Positions 10,532-20,146 of a stretch of DNA of 64,000 bases are shown here, piece by piece. The notes under the pieces are model-generated. The model was not told where the DNA came from, searched no databases, and worked only from the letters and a program-made list of their open reading frames with translations. The position numbers were made by a program, and so were the translations under genes. Positions within the stretch are counted from its first letter, which is position 1. Every line of letters begins with the position of its first letter. Source of the DNA: Candidatus Krumholzibacteriia bacterium (lineage in GTDB: Bacteria; Krumholzibacteriota; Krumholzibacteriia; LZORAL124-64-63); NCBI GenBank assembly GCA_050174015.1, contig JBFXKG010000008.1, positions 96,001 to 160,000 on the forward strand, in the 5' to 3' direction.

Positions 10532-10841
10532 CCAGAACCTGGCCTGCCGGGCTGGTATTTTGCCGGAAGTCGCCGGGACGGAATGTTCCGGCGACTTTCC
10601 CTTTTCATGATCAAGTTCTCCTGGAATTGCATCCGAAAGAATAAAAAAATTACTAAAAGATAAATGAATCCAAGGGATCCCCCGCCCCGTCATCTAAAGG
10701 AATCCCTGGCCGCCTCGGTTTTCAGCCAACCTTCAACGGGAATAGGTCTTGCGAATCGTGTCCGCACGATGCCGTCCGGTAGCCGGTCGGCGTTGCGGAC
10801 AGGATCCGGAATCGGCCGCAGGGATGCGGCGGGGGGAGTTC

Positions 10842-12518
10842 ATGGCCAAGGTCAAGACCAAGAGGCTGGGGGAGATCCTGATCGATGCCGGGATCGTCAC
10901 CCCCGAAAAACTCGATATGGCCTTGAACGAGCAGCGTCAGACCGGCGAGAAGCTGGGCATGATCCTGCAGCGCCTGGGCGTCTGTTCGGAGAAGGAGATC
11001 TCCAGGGTCCTGGCCGGGCAGGCCGGGGTGGACACGGTGGATCTGTCCCAGGTCAAGCTCGACCGCCATGCGATGGATCTGGTGGACAAGGAGTTCGCCG
11101 AGCAGCGCTCCGTGGTGGCCCTGGAGCACCGGGGCAGCACCCTGCGGGTGGCGATGGCCAACCCCACCGACCTGGAGACCATCGACCAGCTGGGCCGCAT
11201 GACCGGCCTGTACGTGGACGTGGTCCACGCGCCCGAACGGGAGATCCAGGATGCCCTGATCCGGCTGTTCGGCCAGCAGAAGGACGGGTCGGGAGACGTC
11301 CCGGTCCTGATCGAGCAGGCCCAGCGGGCCCTGGCCAGCGGCGTCAAGCTGGGCGACGGGGATTCCCCGTTCATCCGCCTGGTGGACATGCTGATCGCCG
11401 AGGGGATCGGCGACGGGGCCACGGACATCCACATCGAGCCGGAGGAGAAGGTCCTGCGGTGCCGGTACCGCATCGACGGGCGGCTGGTCCAGGGGGCCAT
11501 CCTGCCGCTGGATCTGCTGCCCATCGTCATCACCCGCCTGAAGATCATGGCCGAAATGAACATCAGCGAGAACCGCGTGCCCCAGGACGGGCGCATCCTG
11601 TTCGATCTGGGACGCAAGAAGGTGGACCTCCGCGTATCGACCTTCCCCACCGTGAACGGGGAGACGATCGTCTGCCGCGTGCTCGACAAGGAGGCGCTGA
11701 TCGTCGGCCTGGAGAAGCTGGGGATGCCGGAGCTGATGTACGAGGAATTCCGGCGGGACATCACCAGACCCAACGGCATCGTCCTGGTGACCGGGCCCAC
11801 GGGCTCGGGCAAGACGACCACCCTCTACTCCGCGCTGACCTACCTGAACAAGCCGGACACCAAGATCATCACGCTCGAGGATCCGGTGGAATACGAGTTG
11901 CCGGTCATCAACCAGGCCCAGATCAACAACGCCAAGGGCTTCACCTTCGCCAAGGGGTTGCGGGCGATCCTGCGGCAGGATCCTGACATCCTGCTGGTGG
12001 GCGAGATCCGTGACACCGAGACGGCCCAGCTGGCCATCCGTGCGGCGCTGACCGGGCACCTGGTCTTCAGCACCCTCCACACCAACAGCGCGGCGGGGGC
12101 GATCCCGCGCCTGCTGGACATGGGCGTCGAACCGTTCCTGCTGTCGGCAACCCTGGTTTCGGTGGTGGCGCAGCGCCTGGTGCGGACGATCTGCAGGGAA
12201 TGCGCCCAGCCGGGTACGCCCTCCCGCGAGGACCTTGACCTGGCCGGTCTGTCCCGGTCGGATGTCGAGGGGCTCGATCTCAGGCAGGGCAAGGGCTGCT
12301 CGCTGTGCCGCCAGACGGGTTACCGGGGCAGGATGGCCGTCTTCGAGTACCTGCGCATCGACAAGGACATCCGGCGGATGATCGTCGAGGGCAGGGATGC
12401 GGCGCAGATCGAGGCCGCAGCCCGGGCCGGCGGCCAGCTCACGCTGAAGGATGACGCCCTCGCCAAGTTCCGTGCGGGCCAGACGAGCCTCCAGGTAGTC
12501 ATGAAGGTGGTTTCATGA
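10842..12518 (+). CDS. gspE: GspE/PilB/MshE-family assembly ATPase
   Basis: N-terminal RLGEIL (MshEN-like), ATDIHIEP, PQDGR, Walker A GPTGSGKTT, LRQDPD, GEIRD, STLHTN, Zn-binding Cys pairs. Confidence 0.93.
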   Translation: MAKVKTKRLGEILIDAGIVTPEKLDMALNEQRQTGEKLGMILQRLGVCSEKEISRVLAGQAGVDTVDLSQVKLDRHAMDLVDKEFAEQRSVVALEHRGSTLRVAMANPTDLETIDQLGRMTGLYVDVVHAPEREIQDALIRLFGQQKDGSGDVPVLIEQAQRALASGVKLGDGDSPFIRLVDMLIAEGIGDGATDIHIEPEEKVLRCRYRIDGRLVQGAILPLDLLPIVITRLKIMAEMNISENRVPQDGRILFDLGRKKVDLRVSTFPTVNGETIVCRVLDKEALIVGLEKLGMPELMYEEFRRDITRPNGIVLVTGPTGSGKTTTLYSALTYLNKPDTKIITLEDPVEYELPVINQAQINNAKGFTFAKGLRAILRQDPDILLVGEIRDTETAQLAIRAALTGHLVFSTLHTNSAAGAIPRLLDMGVEPFLLSATLVSVVAQRLVRTICRECAQPGTPSREDLDLAGLSRSDVEGLDLRQGKGCSLCRQTGYRGRMAVFEYLRIDKDIRRMIVEGRDAAQIEAAARAGGQLTLKDDALAKFRAGQTSLQVVMKVVS

Positions 12519-13714
12519 GGGAGTACCGATACAGCGCCCTGACCACCACGGGCCAGACCATCTCCGGTCTGCGCCAGGCCCCGAACACCGAGGCCCTGGT
12601 CGCCGAGTTGATGGAGCAGGGGCTCGTGGTCCTCAAGAGCAAGCCGACCCTCGGGGCGCTCGGCGCGGTCTTCTCCCCCTCGCGGCGTATCGGGCGCAGG
12701 GAACTGCGCGACTTCACCCAGCACATGGCCACCTGTCTGCCGGCGGGGATTCCCGCCGTGGCCGCGATCGACGATTTCCGCCAGCAGAGCGAGGGGGTCT
12801 TCGGAGAGATCCTGACCGACATCCGCAACGACATCAGCAGCGGGACCCAGCTGGACGAAGCGTTCTCCAGGCACCCCGAGGTCTTCTCGCCCGTGTACCT
12901 GGCCCTGGTGGCGGCCGGGCAGAATTCCGGCGCCCTGGATGCGGCCTTCCTGGAGCTGGTGGCCTACCTGGAATGGAACGACAACCTGCGCAGCCAGACG
13001 AGCCAGGCCATGATCTATCCGTCCATCCTGTTCGCCGCGATCATCGGGCTCTTCCTGCTGATGATGCTGTTCGTGATCCCCCGCTTCAGCGCGATCTTCG
13101 AGGGCCTGAACGTGGAGCTGCCGACCCTGACCCTGAGGGTCATGGCGGCCGGGAGGTTCATGGGGAACTGGTGGTGGCTGGTCTTCGGCGCGGCGGGGGC
13201 CCTGGTTGCGGGGCTCAATGCGGCCGCGACCACCCGCAGGGGAAGTTACCTGAAGGACCGGATGCTCCTGGAGATGCCGGTGGTGGGAACCTTCATGCGG
13301 AAGCTGGCCCTGTCCCGTTTCAGCAAGACCTTCGCCATGATCTTCGGGGCTGGCGTGGACCTGATCCGGTCCCTGAAACTCGTGGCGGCGGTGGCCGGCA
13401 ACCAGGTGATGGCCGGGGAACTTGAGCAGGTCAGGCGCCGGGTCGCCTCCGGGGAGAGCCTGACGGCGGCCTTCAACGACACGACGCTGTTTCCGCCCCT
13501 GCTCCGGCGATTGATCTCGGTGGGGGAAAAGACCGGATCGCTCGACACGAGCCTGCGGAAGGCTTCGGAATACCTGGACAAGGAGATCCCCGAGGATCTC
13601 AAGAAGGCTTTCACGGTGTTCGAAGCCGTGGTCATCGCCCTGCTGGGCGTGATGGTCTGCGTGGCGGCGCTCGCCCTGCTGATGCCCATCATGTCCGTGC
13701 GGGCGGGAATGTAG
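12515..13714 (+). CDS. gspF: Type II secretion F / PilC platform protein
   Basis: Two GspF repeats (AGQNSGALD, GEKTGSLD), MIYP motif and TM helices; start overlaps the gspE stop. Confidence 0.9.
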   Translation: MREYRYSALTTTGQTISGLRQAPNTEALVAELMEQGLVVLKSKPTLGALGAVFSPSRRIGRRELRDFTQHMATCLPAGIPAVAAIDDFRQQSEGVFGEILTDIRNDISSGTQLDEAFSRHPEVFSPVYLALVAAGQNSGALDAAFLELVAYLEWNDNLRSQTSQAMIYPSILFAAIIGLFLLMMLFVIPRFSAIFEGLNVELPTLTLRVMAAGRFMGNWWWLVFGAAGALVAGLNAAATTRRGSYLKDRMLLEMPVVGTFMRKLALSRFSKTFAMIFGAGVDLIRSLKLVAAVAGNQVMAGELEQVRRRVASGESLTAAFNDTTLFPPLLRRLISVGEKTGSLDTSLRKASEYLDKEIPEDLKKAFTVFEAVVIALLGVMVCVAALALLMPIMSVRAGM

Positions 13715-13729
13715 GGTGGAGGTTCACCC

Positions 13730-14932
13730 ATGACGATGCGTTCGGATCGCCGGCTGCGGCGCGACGGGTTCACCCTGATCGAGATCATCATCGCCGTGGC
13801 CATCGTGGCGATCATGGCCGGGGCCATCGCCCCGCTGGCCTTCAGGGAATTCGTCCGCATGCGGGAAGAGGAAACGACCAGGGAGCTGGCCATGATCGAG
13901 ACGGGCCTGCTGGAGTTCCTCGAGGACACGGGACGCTTCCCCTCCGAGGTCGAGGGCCTGGCCGCCCTGGTCGCCGACCCGGGTGCTCCCGGCTGGAGCG
14001 GGCCCTATTTCGGGGCGGGGAAGAACGATCCCTCCTCCGAGGTGACCACCGATTCCTTCGGGGATCCCTACCTCTACGACCATTCACCGGCGACGAATCC
14101 CGCCGGGGCGGCGGACCTCGTGGTGGCCAGCGGCGGCGCCGATCATGCGGTGACCTCGGGGGCCGTGGGCGGCACCTGGATCGCCGGCGGCGTCGGCGAC
14201 GACCTGCTGCAGCTCATCGCAGCGGGCCCGGTCACGCGGGACAAGATCGTCGCCGGACGCCAGGAGATGGAATTGATCGCCGCGGCCTGCGGCCGCTACT
14301 ACGAGGATCACCTGGGCTTTCCTGCCGGCAGCGGGGACCTGTCCGCGGATTACCTGGATCAGGGGATCGCCGGCGGAGCGTTCATCGATCCCTGGAACCG
14401 GCCCTACGTCCTGAACGACGACGGGATCATCCCGGCGACCTTGACGGTCAGGAGCTACGGTCCCGACCGCGCCGACGACGGCGGGGGCGGCGACGACCTG
14501 GTCATGACCGTCAGCAGCATCCCGCCGGGCCGCACGGCGACCCGCTGGCGCCTGGACATCGCCCAGGCGGCCCTGACGGCCAACCAGAGCGCCCCTCTGA
14601 CGGGATCCTGGGCGACCGACAGGCTGACCCTGGGTTTGACCGACTTCTTCGAGGTTGACGGCTGGGGCCGGCCGTTCGCCGTGAACACGGACGTCAGGGC
14701 CATCTTCTCCGTAGGGCCGGATGGGGACCCCGCCCAGACCGAGGACAACATACCGTCAGGCCTGGGACCCTCGGTCGGGGGTGGCGGCGGAGGTGGCGGC
14801 GGAGGTGGCGGTGGTGGCGGCGGCGGCAACGGCGGCAACGGCGGCGGCAACGGCGGCGGCAACGGCGGCAACGGCGGCGGCAACAATGGCGGCGGCAACG
14901 GCGGCGGCAGGGGCGGCGGCAGGGGCCGGTGA
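13730..14932 (+). CDS. GspG-like (pseudo)pilin with repeated C-terminal modules and Gly/Asn-rich tail
   Basis: Prepilin motif G/FTLIE, GLAALV...WSGPY, three D-x-[FW]-[GN]-x-P-[YF] modules. Confidence 0.8.
   Translation: MTMRSDRRLRRDGFTLIEIIIAVAIVAIMAGAIAPLAFREFVRMREEETTRELAMIETGLLEFLEDTGRFPSEVEGLAALVADPGAPGWSGPYFGAGKNDPSSEVTTDSFGDPYLYDHSPATNPAGAADLVVASGGADHAVTSGAVGGTWIAGGVGDDLLQLIAAGPVTRDKIVAGRQEMELIAAACGRYYEDHLGFPAGSGDLSADYLDQGIAGGAFIDPWNRPYVLNDDGIIPATLTVRSYGPDRADDGGGGDDLVMTVSSIPPGRTATRWRLDIAQAALTANQSAPLTGSWATDRLTLGLTDFFEVDGWGRPFAVNTDVRAIFSVGPDGDPAQTEDNIPSGLGPSVGGGGGGGGGGGGGGGGGNGGNGGGNGGGNGGNGGGNNGGGNGGGRGGGRGR
14777..14929 (+). repeat. Coding low-complexity GGC/AAC repeat (poly-Gly, GGN)
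   Basis: Tandem ggc, ggt and aac codons encode the pilin tail. Confidence 0.9.
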
Positions 14933-14963
14933 ACCGGGCCTACCAGGCACGATGGGAGCGGCG

Positions 14964-16451
14964 ATGAGCAAGAACCGGGGATTCAGCTTCAGGGTCCACC
15001 ACAGGGATAGGGTCGGCGTCGGTCTGGAACGGACCGGGCCGGCGGCCTGGAAGGTGGTGGAACTGACTGCGGACAGGGGTGACGGAACATTGCCGCAGGG
15101 ATTCCTGCGGGGTGCAGGCATCAGCCGGGACAGGCTGACCTGGGTGGCGCCCTGTGACGAGACCCGGCTGCTCCAGCTGTCCCTCCCTCCCCTCAAGGGG
15201 AAGGAGCTCAACCATGCCATCAAGGGATGGGTCGCCCGGCAGGAGAACACCACGATCGAGGACGTTGCCGTTTCCTACCTTTCCCTGGGAGTGGCCAGGG
15301 ACCAGGGCGGCGAGTCGCGGCAGGAAGTGGTCACCCTGGCCATGTCCGTGGAGGACCGGCAGGGCCAGTTGACCCAGGCGCAGACCTGGGACCTGCATCC
15401 CGGCCGGATGTTGCCCGGATACATGGTCCTGGATCAGTTCCTGCGGCTGGTCCAGCCCGAAGGGGAAAAGCTCGAAGGGTGGACCCTGGTCTACCTGGGG
15501 GAACAGGAGAACTTCCTGACCATCGCGAACTCCCGCAGCGTGCTGCTTCATCGGGGACTGCCCCTGGATCATTCGGGAGGCCAGGAGAGGGAGCAGTTCT
15601 TCGCCAGGCTGGCGACGGAGATCGAGCGTTCCCGCTTCTTCGTCCGCCAGGGTTCGCAGAGTGCGGACATCCAGAAGGTCCTGGTCTGCGGCGATCCGGA
15701 ACAGGCGGCCCTCCTGGCGGCCACGCTCAACGCCGAGGGCTCCGTGCCCGCGGTCCACTGGGAGGCGGAGAAGCACTTCAGCCAGGGCGAGGACTCGCCC
15801 GATGGGCGGTACCTGGTGGCCCTGGCGGCGGCCGCCCTGTCCCTGGAAAAACCGGTCTTCAACCTGGTGTCCGCCGCCCGCCGCGGGCTGCTGGGCCGGC
15901 AGGGTCGCCGGCGATCCCTGGTGGCGGCGGGAACCCTGGCGGCCGGCGTGGTGCCCCTGCTGGTGGCGGGGAGCATGGTGACCTCCAGGATCCAGGCGGG
16001 CTACCTGGAAAAGGCCCAGGCGAGACTGGAGACCGCAAAGGCGGAGGCGTCGGCGGCGGCGGAGGTCTACAAGGCCCACCGCCTCCTGACGGCCAAGGAG
16101 GCCTGCCTGGAATGGAAAGCGAGCGAGAGGACGGACCTGGAGGGCATGCTGCTGGAGCTGGCGGCGGCCACACCCGGTCCGGTGCTGTTCCGGGACCTCC
16201 GCATCTGGGAGGCTGTGGACGGGGACATCCGGATGCAACTGGTGGGAGAGGCCGCAGGCACATCGGCGGGCCAGGCCCAGCAATCCTACCTCGAATTCCA
16301 GGACAACCTGCGGCAGGGGGACTTCCTCAAAGGATTTCAGGAACCGAAGGTGCTGGAGATCCGAGCGGTGACCCAGCGCGGCGAGACCACGCCCAGGACC
16401 ATGTTCACCCTGGAGTTGACCCTTGCGCGGAAGAAGGGGGAGGCCGGCTGA
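14964..16451 (+). CDS. PilM/PilN (GspL-like) alignment protein
   Basis: Operon position. Actin-like cytoplasmic part (LATEIERSRFF, VLVCGD), one TM, coiled coil, ferredoxin-like periplasmic end. Confidence 0.6.
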   Translation: MSKNRGFSFRVHHRDRVGVGLERTGPAAWKVVELTADRGDGTLPQGFLRGAGISRDRLTWVAPCDETRLLQLSLPPLKGKELNHAIKGWVARQENTTIEDVAVSYLSLGVARDQGGESRQEVVTLAMSVEDRQGQLTQAQTWDLHPGRMLPGYMVLDQFLRLVQPEGEKLEGWTLVYLGEQENFLTIANSRSVLLHRGLPLDHSGGQEREQFFARLATEIERSRFFVRQGSQSADIQKVLVCGDPEQAALLAATLNAEGSVPAVHWEAEKHFSQGEDSPDGRYLVALAAAALSLEKPVFNLVSAARRGLLGRQGRRRSLVAAGTLAAGVVPLLVAGSMVTSRIQAGYLEKAQARLETAKAEASAAAEVYKAHRLLTAKEACLEWKASERTDLEGMLLELAAATPGPVLFRDLRIWEAVDGDIRMQLVGEAAGTSAGQAQQSYLEFQDNLRQGDFLKGFQEPKVLEIRAVTQRGETTPRTMFTLELTLARKKGEAG

Positions 16452-17095
16452 TGGAAGCAGGGAAAGGGATGATCCCGTGGCGCCGTTTGATCGGCCGGCG
16501 AGTCATGTTCAGCGGACTGGGAGTGACCTGGCTGGTCCTCCTGGTGACGGTCGCGATCCCCAGGATGCATTCGGCGCTCGTGAATCACCGGGAGGTCCAG
16601 CGCCTGGAAAGGGAACTGGCGGATCTGGACGCCTGGACGGTCGCCGGGCTGTGGCTGGCCCCGGAAGTGGCGGAGCGTCGGCCGGGAATCGAGGCGGCCT
16701 GGGACCGGTCGTTTCCGGCGAGCCGGTCGCGGGAGGAACTGTTCCTCGAGATCGCCCGGGTCGCGGACGCTGTGGGCCTGCGGGATTTCGACCTCACGGA
16801 AATGGATCTTTTCGGGGAGGAAGCGGGACCGCCGAAGCTCCAGGAACACCTCGAGGGGTACCTGGAGGGCGGTGGCGCAGTGGATGGAGTGCCGGTCGAG
16901 ATTCCCCGCATCGACCTGGGCATCTACCGTCTGAAAGCGGAATTCCAGGGGAACTACGGAGACCTGGCCGGATTCCTGGGCCGGCTCCAGCGTTTGGACC
17001 GCGCCCTGAGCGTTCATAACCTCGCCGTGAGCCAGTACAACGGAAAGACCCAGATCGAACTGGAGTTGGACGTCTATGTCAGCCAAACGTCTTGA
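16451..17095 (+). CDS. PilO/GspM-like protein
   Basis: TGATG coupling; single TM and coiled coil; GNYGDLAGFLGRLQRLDR motif. Confidence 0.65.
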   Translation: MEAGKGMIPWRRLIGRRVMFSGLGVTWLVLLVTVAIPRMHSALVNHREVQRLERELADLDAWTVAGLWLAPEVAERRPGIEAAWDRSFPASRSREELFLEIARVADAVGLRDFDLTEMDLFGEEAGPPKLQEHLEGYLEGGGAVDGVPVEIPRIDLGIYRLKAEFQGNYGDLAGFLGRLQRLDRALSVHNLAVSQYNGKTQIELELDVYVSQTS

Positions 17096-17702
17096 TCTCA
17101 AGAGTCCGCCGGTGGTGGCGCTGGTGCTGGTCCTGCTCGTCGCGGTGGCGGCCTTCAACGTCATGACCTTCGGCCCCGGCCGGCACGATCGAGGTCGAGG
17201 GGCGGGCGTGAGGGTCCAGGCCTATCAGGCCCTGCCCTCGGACCTCGGGGAGATGGTCCGTTTGGCGGGTGACCAGCTGCGGGGATCCGCAGCCGGGCCG
17301 GCGGAGGCAGAACACCCGAGACCGGATCTGGAACGGGATCCCTTCTCGCCCTATGAGGAAACGCGGCCCGAACCGACGCGCAAACGCGCGCCCCGGCAGG
17401 TGAGCGGGAGGCCGGCCGAGCCTCCGGCGGTCAGCGCCATCCTGGTGACCGGCCGGGGTCCGGTGGCCCTCATCGCCGGCCGATCCTGCAGCCCGGGAGA
17501 CCAGGTGGAAGGATTCCAGGTCGTGGAGGTCGACCTCCAGGGCGTCGTCCTGATGGACGCCCGGGGGCGCACGGTGACGGTCAAGGTCAACGGGAACGGG
17601 AGCAAGGGGGGATCCTTCGAGATCTCCGGGGGAGTGGACGGATCCGAACAGGCAGCCATCCTGGCTGCCGCCATGGATGCAGAGGAAAGGAAATTGCCAT
17701 GA
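17076..17702 (+). CDS. PilP/MshK-like protein
   Basis: TM anchor, RDPF motif, small beta domain (ALIAG...GDQVEG); lies just before the secretin. Confidence 0.5.
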   Translation: MSAKRLDLKSPPVVALVLVLLVAVAAFNVMTFGPGRHDRGRGAGVRVQAYQALPSDLGEMVRLAGDQLRGSAAGPAEAEHPRPDLERDPFSPYEETRPEPTRKRAPRQVSGRPAEPPAVSAILVTGRGPVALIAGRSCSPGDQVEGFQVVEVDLQGVVLMDARGRTVTVKVNGNGSKGGSFEISGGVDGSEQAAILAAAMDAEERKLP

Positions 17703-19228
17703 ACCGGTGGTGCCAAGATCGCACGCCGCAGGTGTGGGGCCGGGCGATCCGGGCGGGTATGGGCGTCCTGCTCGCCGCCCTCGTCGTGGGGGCTCCGCAG
17801 GCCGGGGCCGGGGAAGGTGACTGGGACGCCGATCTCCAGCCGGTGAGCATCGTCACCAACGGCTTCGTCGGAGTCCGGGACATCATGCCCTCGGTGGCAG
17901 CCAGGCTGGGACTGGGGCTCCAGATGGCTCCGGACGTGGCCGGGGAGGTCAACGTCCACCTGGTCGACGTTTCCCCGCGCCGCGCCCTGGACAGCCTGAT
18001 GGACCAGGCGAGCCTGGGGTACGAGGTCGTCGACGGGGTGCTCGTCATCCACAGGCAGGGCATGGTCACCCGGTGGTTCGAGTTCGATTATCCCGTGACC
18101 CAGCGGGAAGGCCGCGGGGAACTCGAGATCTCCGCCGGGAACAACGGGGGCGAATCGTCGTCGGGAGGGGGCGAGGGCACCAACCAGAACAAGAGCCACG
18201 TGACCAGCACGGCGAAGATGTCCATCTGGCCCGAGGTGATGGAATCCCTCAAGACCCTGGTCTTCGGCGGGGAGGAGGTCCAGACCGCCGCCGGCGGGGG
18301 CGGGGAGAGGATGTCCCTGAACCTCGCGGACGCGGGCGGTCGCAGCCTGGTGGTCAACCCCATGGCAGGGGTCATCCAGGTGACCACCGAATTCGACCGC
18401 GTCCAGAGGGTTGGGCAGCTGCTCGACAAGCTGGGCGCCTCGCTCCAGCGTCAGGTGGCGATCGAGGTCAGGATCATGGAGGTGACCCTCGACAGGAACA
18501 CCAGGACGGGCATCGACTGGTCCACCTTCACCGGAACCGAGGTGGATGCCGATCTGCGGACCATCGGCGGCAGCCAGGGTGAGAACTTCTTCCAGTTCAT
18601 CGTGGACTCGAAGCACCTGACGGGGACCATGCAGGCCCTGGCCGGCTTCGGCAACGTCAAGACCCTGAGCACTCCGCGGATCACGACCCTGAACAACCAG
18701 AAGGCGGTGGTGAGGGTCGTCAAGGAGGACGTCTACTACGAGGCGACGGTTTCGCCCTCGATCATCAGCAGCACGGGCGTGGCCACCGAACCCATCATCA
18801 GCTACACGCCGCGGACCGTCTCCATCGGCGTGGTCCTGGACGTCACCCCCCAGGTGGGAGAGGGGGGGCTGATCACCATGAACGTCCACCCCACCATCTC
18901 CGACGTGGTGGGCGTGGCGATCTCGCCCAACGCGGACCAGGCGCCCATCCTCAGCATCCGGGAGCTGGACACCGTCGGCAAGGTCCGCAACGGCCAGACC
19001 CTGGTCATCGCGGGATTGCTGAGCCAGCGGACGGAGCGGAGCCGTTCGGGCATCCCCCTGCTCAAGGACATCCCCCTGCTGGGGATGCTGTTCGGTTCCA
19101 CCGAGATGAAGGATTCCAACGTGGAGCTGGTCATGCTCTTGACCCCGGTGCTGATGGACGGGGACGAGGCTGATGTCGTGGCAGCCGCGGAGAAGGAGAA
19201 GTTCGAGAAGCAGATGCAGGGATCGTGA
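17699..19228 (+). CDS. Secretin (MshL/GspD/PilQ family)
   Basis: QVAIEVRIMEV, GIDW, LSTPRITTLNNQKA, IGVVLDVTPQV, GIPLLKDIPLLGMLF. Confidence 0.92.
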   Translation: MNRWCQDRTPQVWGRAIRAGMGVLLAALVVGAPQAGAGEGDWDADLQPVSIVTNGFVGVRDIMPSVAARLGLGLQMAPDVAGEVNVHLVDVSPRRALDSLMDQASLGYEVVDGVLVIHRQGMVTRWFEFDYPVTQREGRGELEISAGNNGGESSSGGGEGTNQNKSHVTSTAKMSIWPEVMESLKTLVFGGEEVQTAAGGGGERMSLNLADAGGRSLVVNPMAGVIQVTTEFDRVQRVGQLLDKLGASLQRQVAIEVRIMEVTLDRNTRTGIDWSTFTGTEVDADLRTIGGSQGENFFQFIVDSKHLTGTMQALAGFGNVKTLSTPRITTLNNQKAVVRVVKEDVYYEATVSPSIISSTGVATEPIISYTPRTVSIGVVLDVTPQVGEGGLITMNVHPTISDVVGVAISPNADQAPILSIRELDTVGKVRNGQTLVIAGLLSQRTERSRSGIPLLKDIPLLGMLFGSTEMKDSNVELVMLLTPVLMDGDEADVVAAAEKEKFEKQMQGS

Positions 19229-19243
19229 CCTCGCTCGAGCGGG

Positions 19244-19279
19244 AAACGCCCGGTCTCCGCGGAGGAGGCCGGGCGTTTT
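19244..19279. terminator. Bidirectional terminator
   Basis: AAACGCCCGGTCTCC / GGAGGCCGGGCGTTT inverted repeat between convergent genes. Confidence 0.7.
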
Positions 19280-19298
19280 CGTCCGCAGGGGGCCGGGA

Positions 19299-19967
19299 TC
19301 AGCGCACCGTCACCACGGTGCCGATGTCGTCGCCCATGACGTCCTCGGTGGTCGCGTCGTTGAAGGGGGTTTCCCAGGTGCCGTTGGGACCGGCGCTCAG
19401 GACGAACACCTTGTGGCGGACGGCGCCCGCGTAGGCTCCGCCCGGGAAGTAGCGCGAGTTGATGACGTATCCGTTGCCCCAGGGATCGGTCAGCTCGTAG
19501 TTGTCCAGATAGGGGCCCTTCCAGGCGTTGCGGCCGTTGGTGTCCCAGTCCTGGTTCGCCTGGTTGGCATTGTTCCCGGTCGCCGAGGAGTCGTTGTCCG
19601 GGTTGTTGTAGTAGAGGTAGTCGCCGAGCTGCTTGGCCGTGCCGAAGGTGCCCCAGTTGTCGGCCCCCGCACCGGCGCCGGGTCCCGCGACCGTGGGCAG
19701 GACGGTGCTGGACACCACGCGCGAGACGGCGTTGCCGGTCGGGCCGTTGGCGTTGGTGAACGGCCACCGACCGGTATCCTTGTAGTAGCCCAGCAGCGCG
19801 GTGGAGATGGTCTCGGTCTCGTTCTGGGCGCGGGAGACCTTGGCGTCCTCCAGGTGCCTGAAGACCATGGGGCTGATGGCGGCGGCGAAGATCGCCACGA
19901 TGGCCACCGCGATGACGATCTCGATCAGGGTGAAGCCGCTGCGATCCGTAGTCCTGGGCGTCCTCAT
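19299..19967 (-). CDS. Major pseudopilin / type IV pilin (GspG-like)
   Basis: MRTPRTTDRSG/FTLIE prepilin site; WKGPYL, DPWGNGY, SAGPNG. Confidence 0.88.
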   Translation of the reverse strand: MRTPRTTDRSGFTLIEIVIAVAIVAIFAAAISPMVFRHLEDAKVSRAQNETETISTALLGYYKDTGRWPFTNANGPTGNAVSRVVSSTVLPTVAGPGAGAGADNWGTFGTAKQLGDYLYYNNPDNDSSATGNNANQANQDWDTNGRNAWKGPYLDNYELTDPWGNGYVINSRYFPGGAYAGAVRHKVFVLSAGPNGTWETPFNDATTEDVMGDDIGTVVTVR

Positions 19968-20146
19968 GATTCGATTCCTTTCGCTAATTGGGGCCTCCCC
20001 CGGGCCCTTGGCTCGTGCCAGGAAGCTGGGCGACGCACATGACTCCCTCCAAGGAGCCTCTTCATGGGTGAGGAATCGGCCCATGGAACCAGGACTTTAG
20101 GGGATATTTGAGGAATGATGGGGGGCTGGCGCCCCCCGATTGGACC

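Noticed and set aside
14777..14929. CRISPR array or non-coding tandem repeat
   Set aside because: These are in-frame Gly/Asn codon repeats with no spacers. No CRISPR array or cas gene was seen anywhere in the window.
20003..20019. Sigma-54 promoter for the pilin gene (TGGCACG on minus strand)
   Set aside because: The -24 element is good, but the -12 TTGC is absent at the required spacing.
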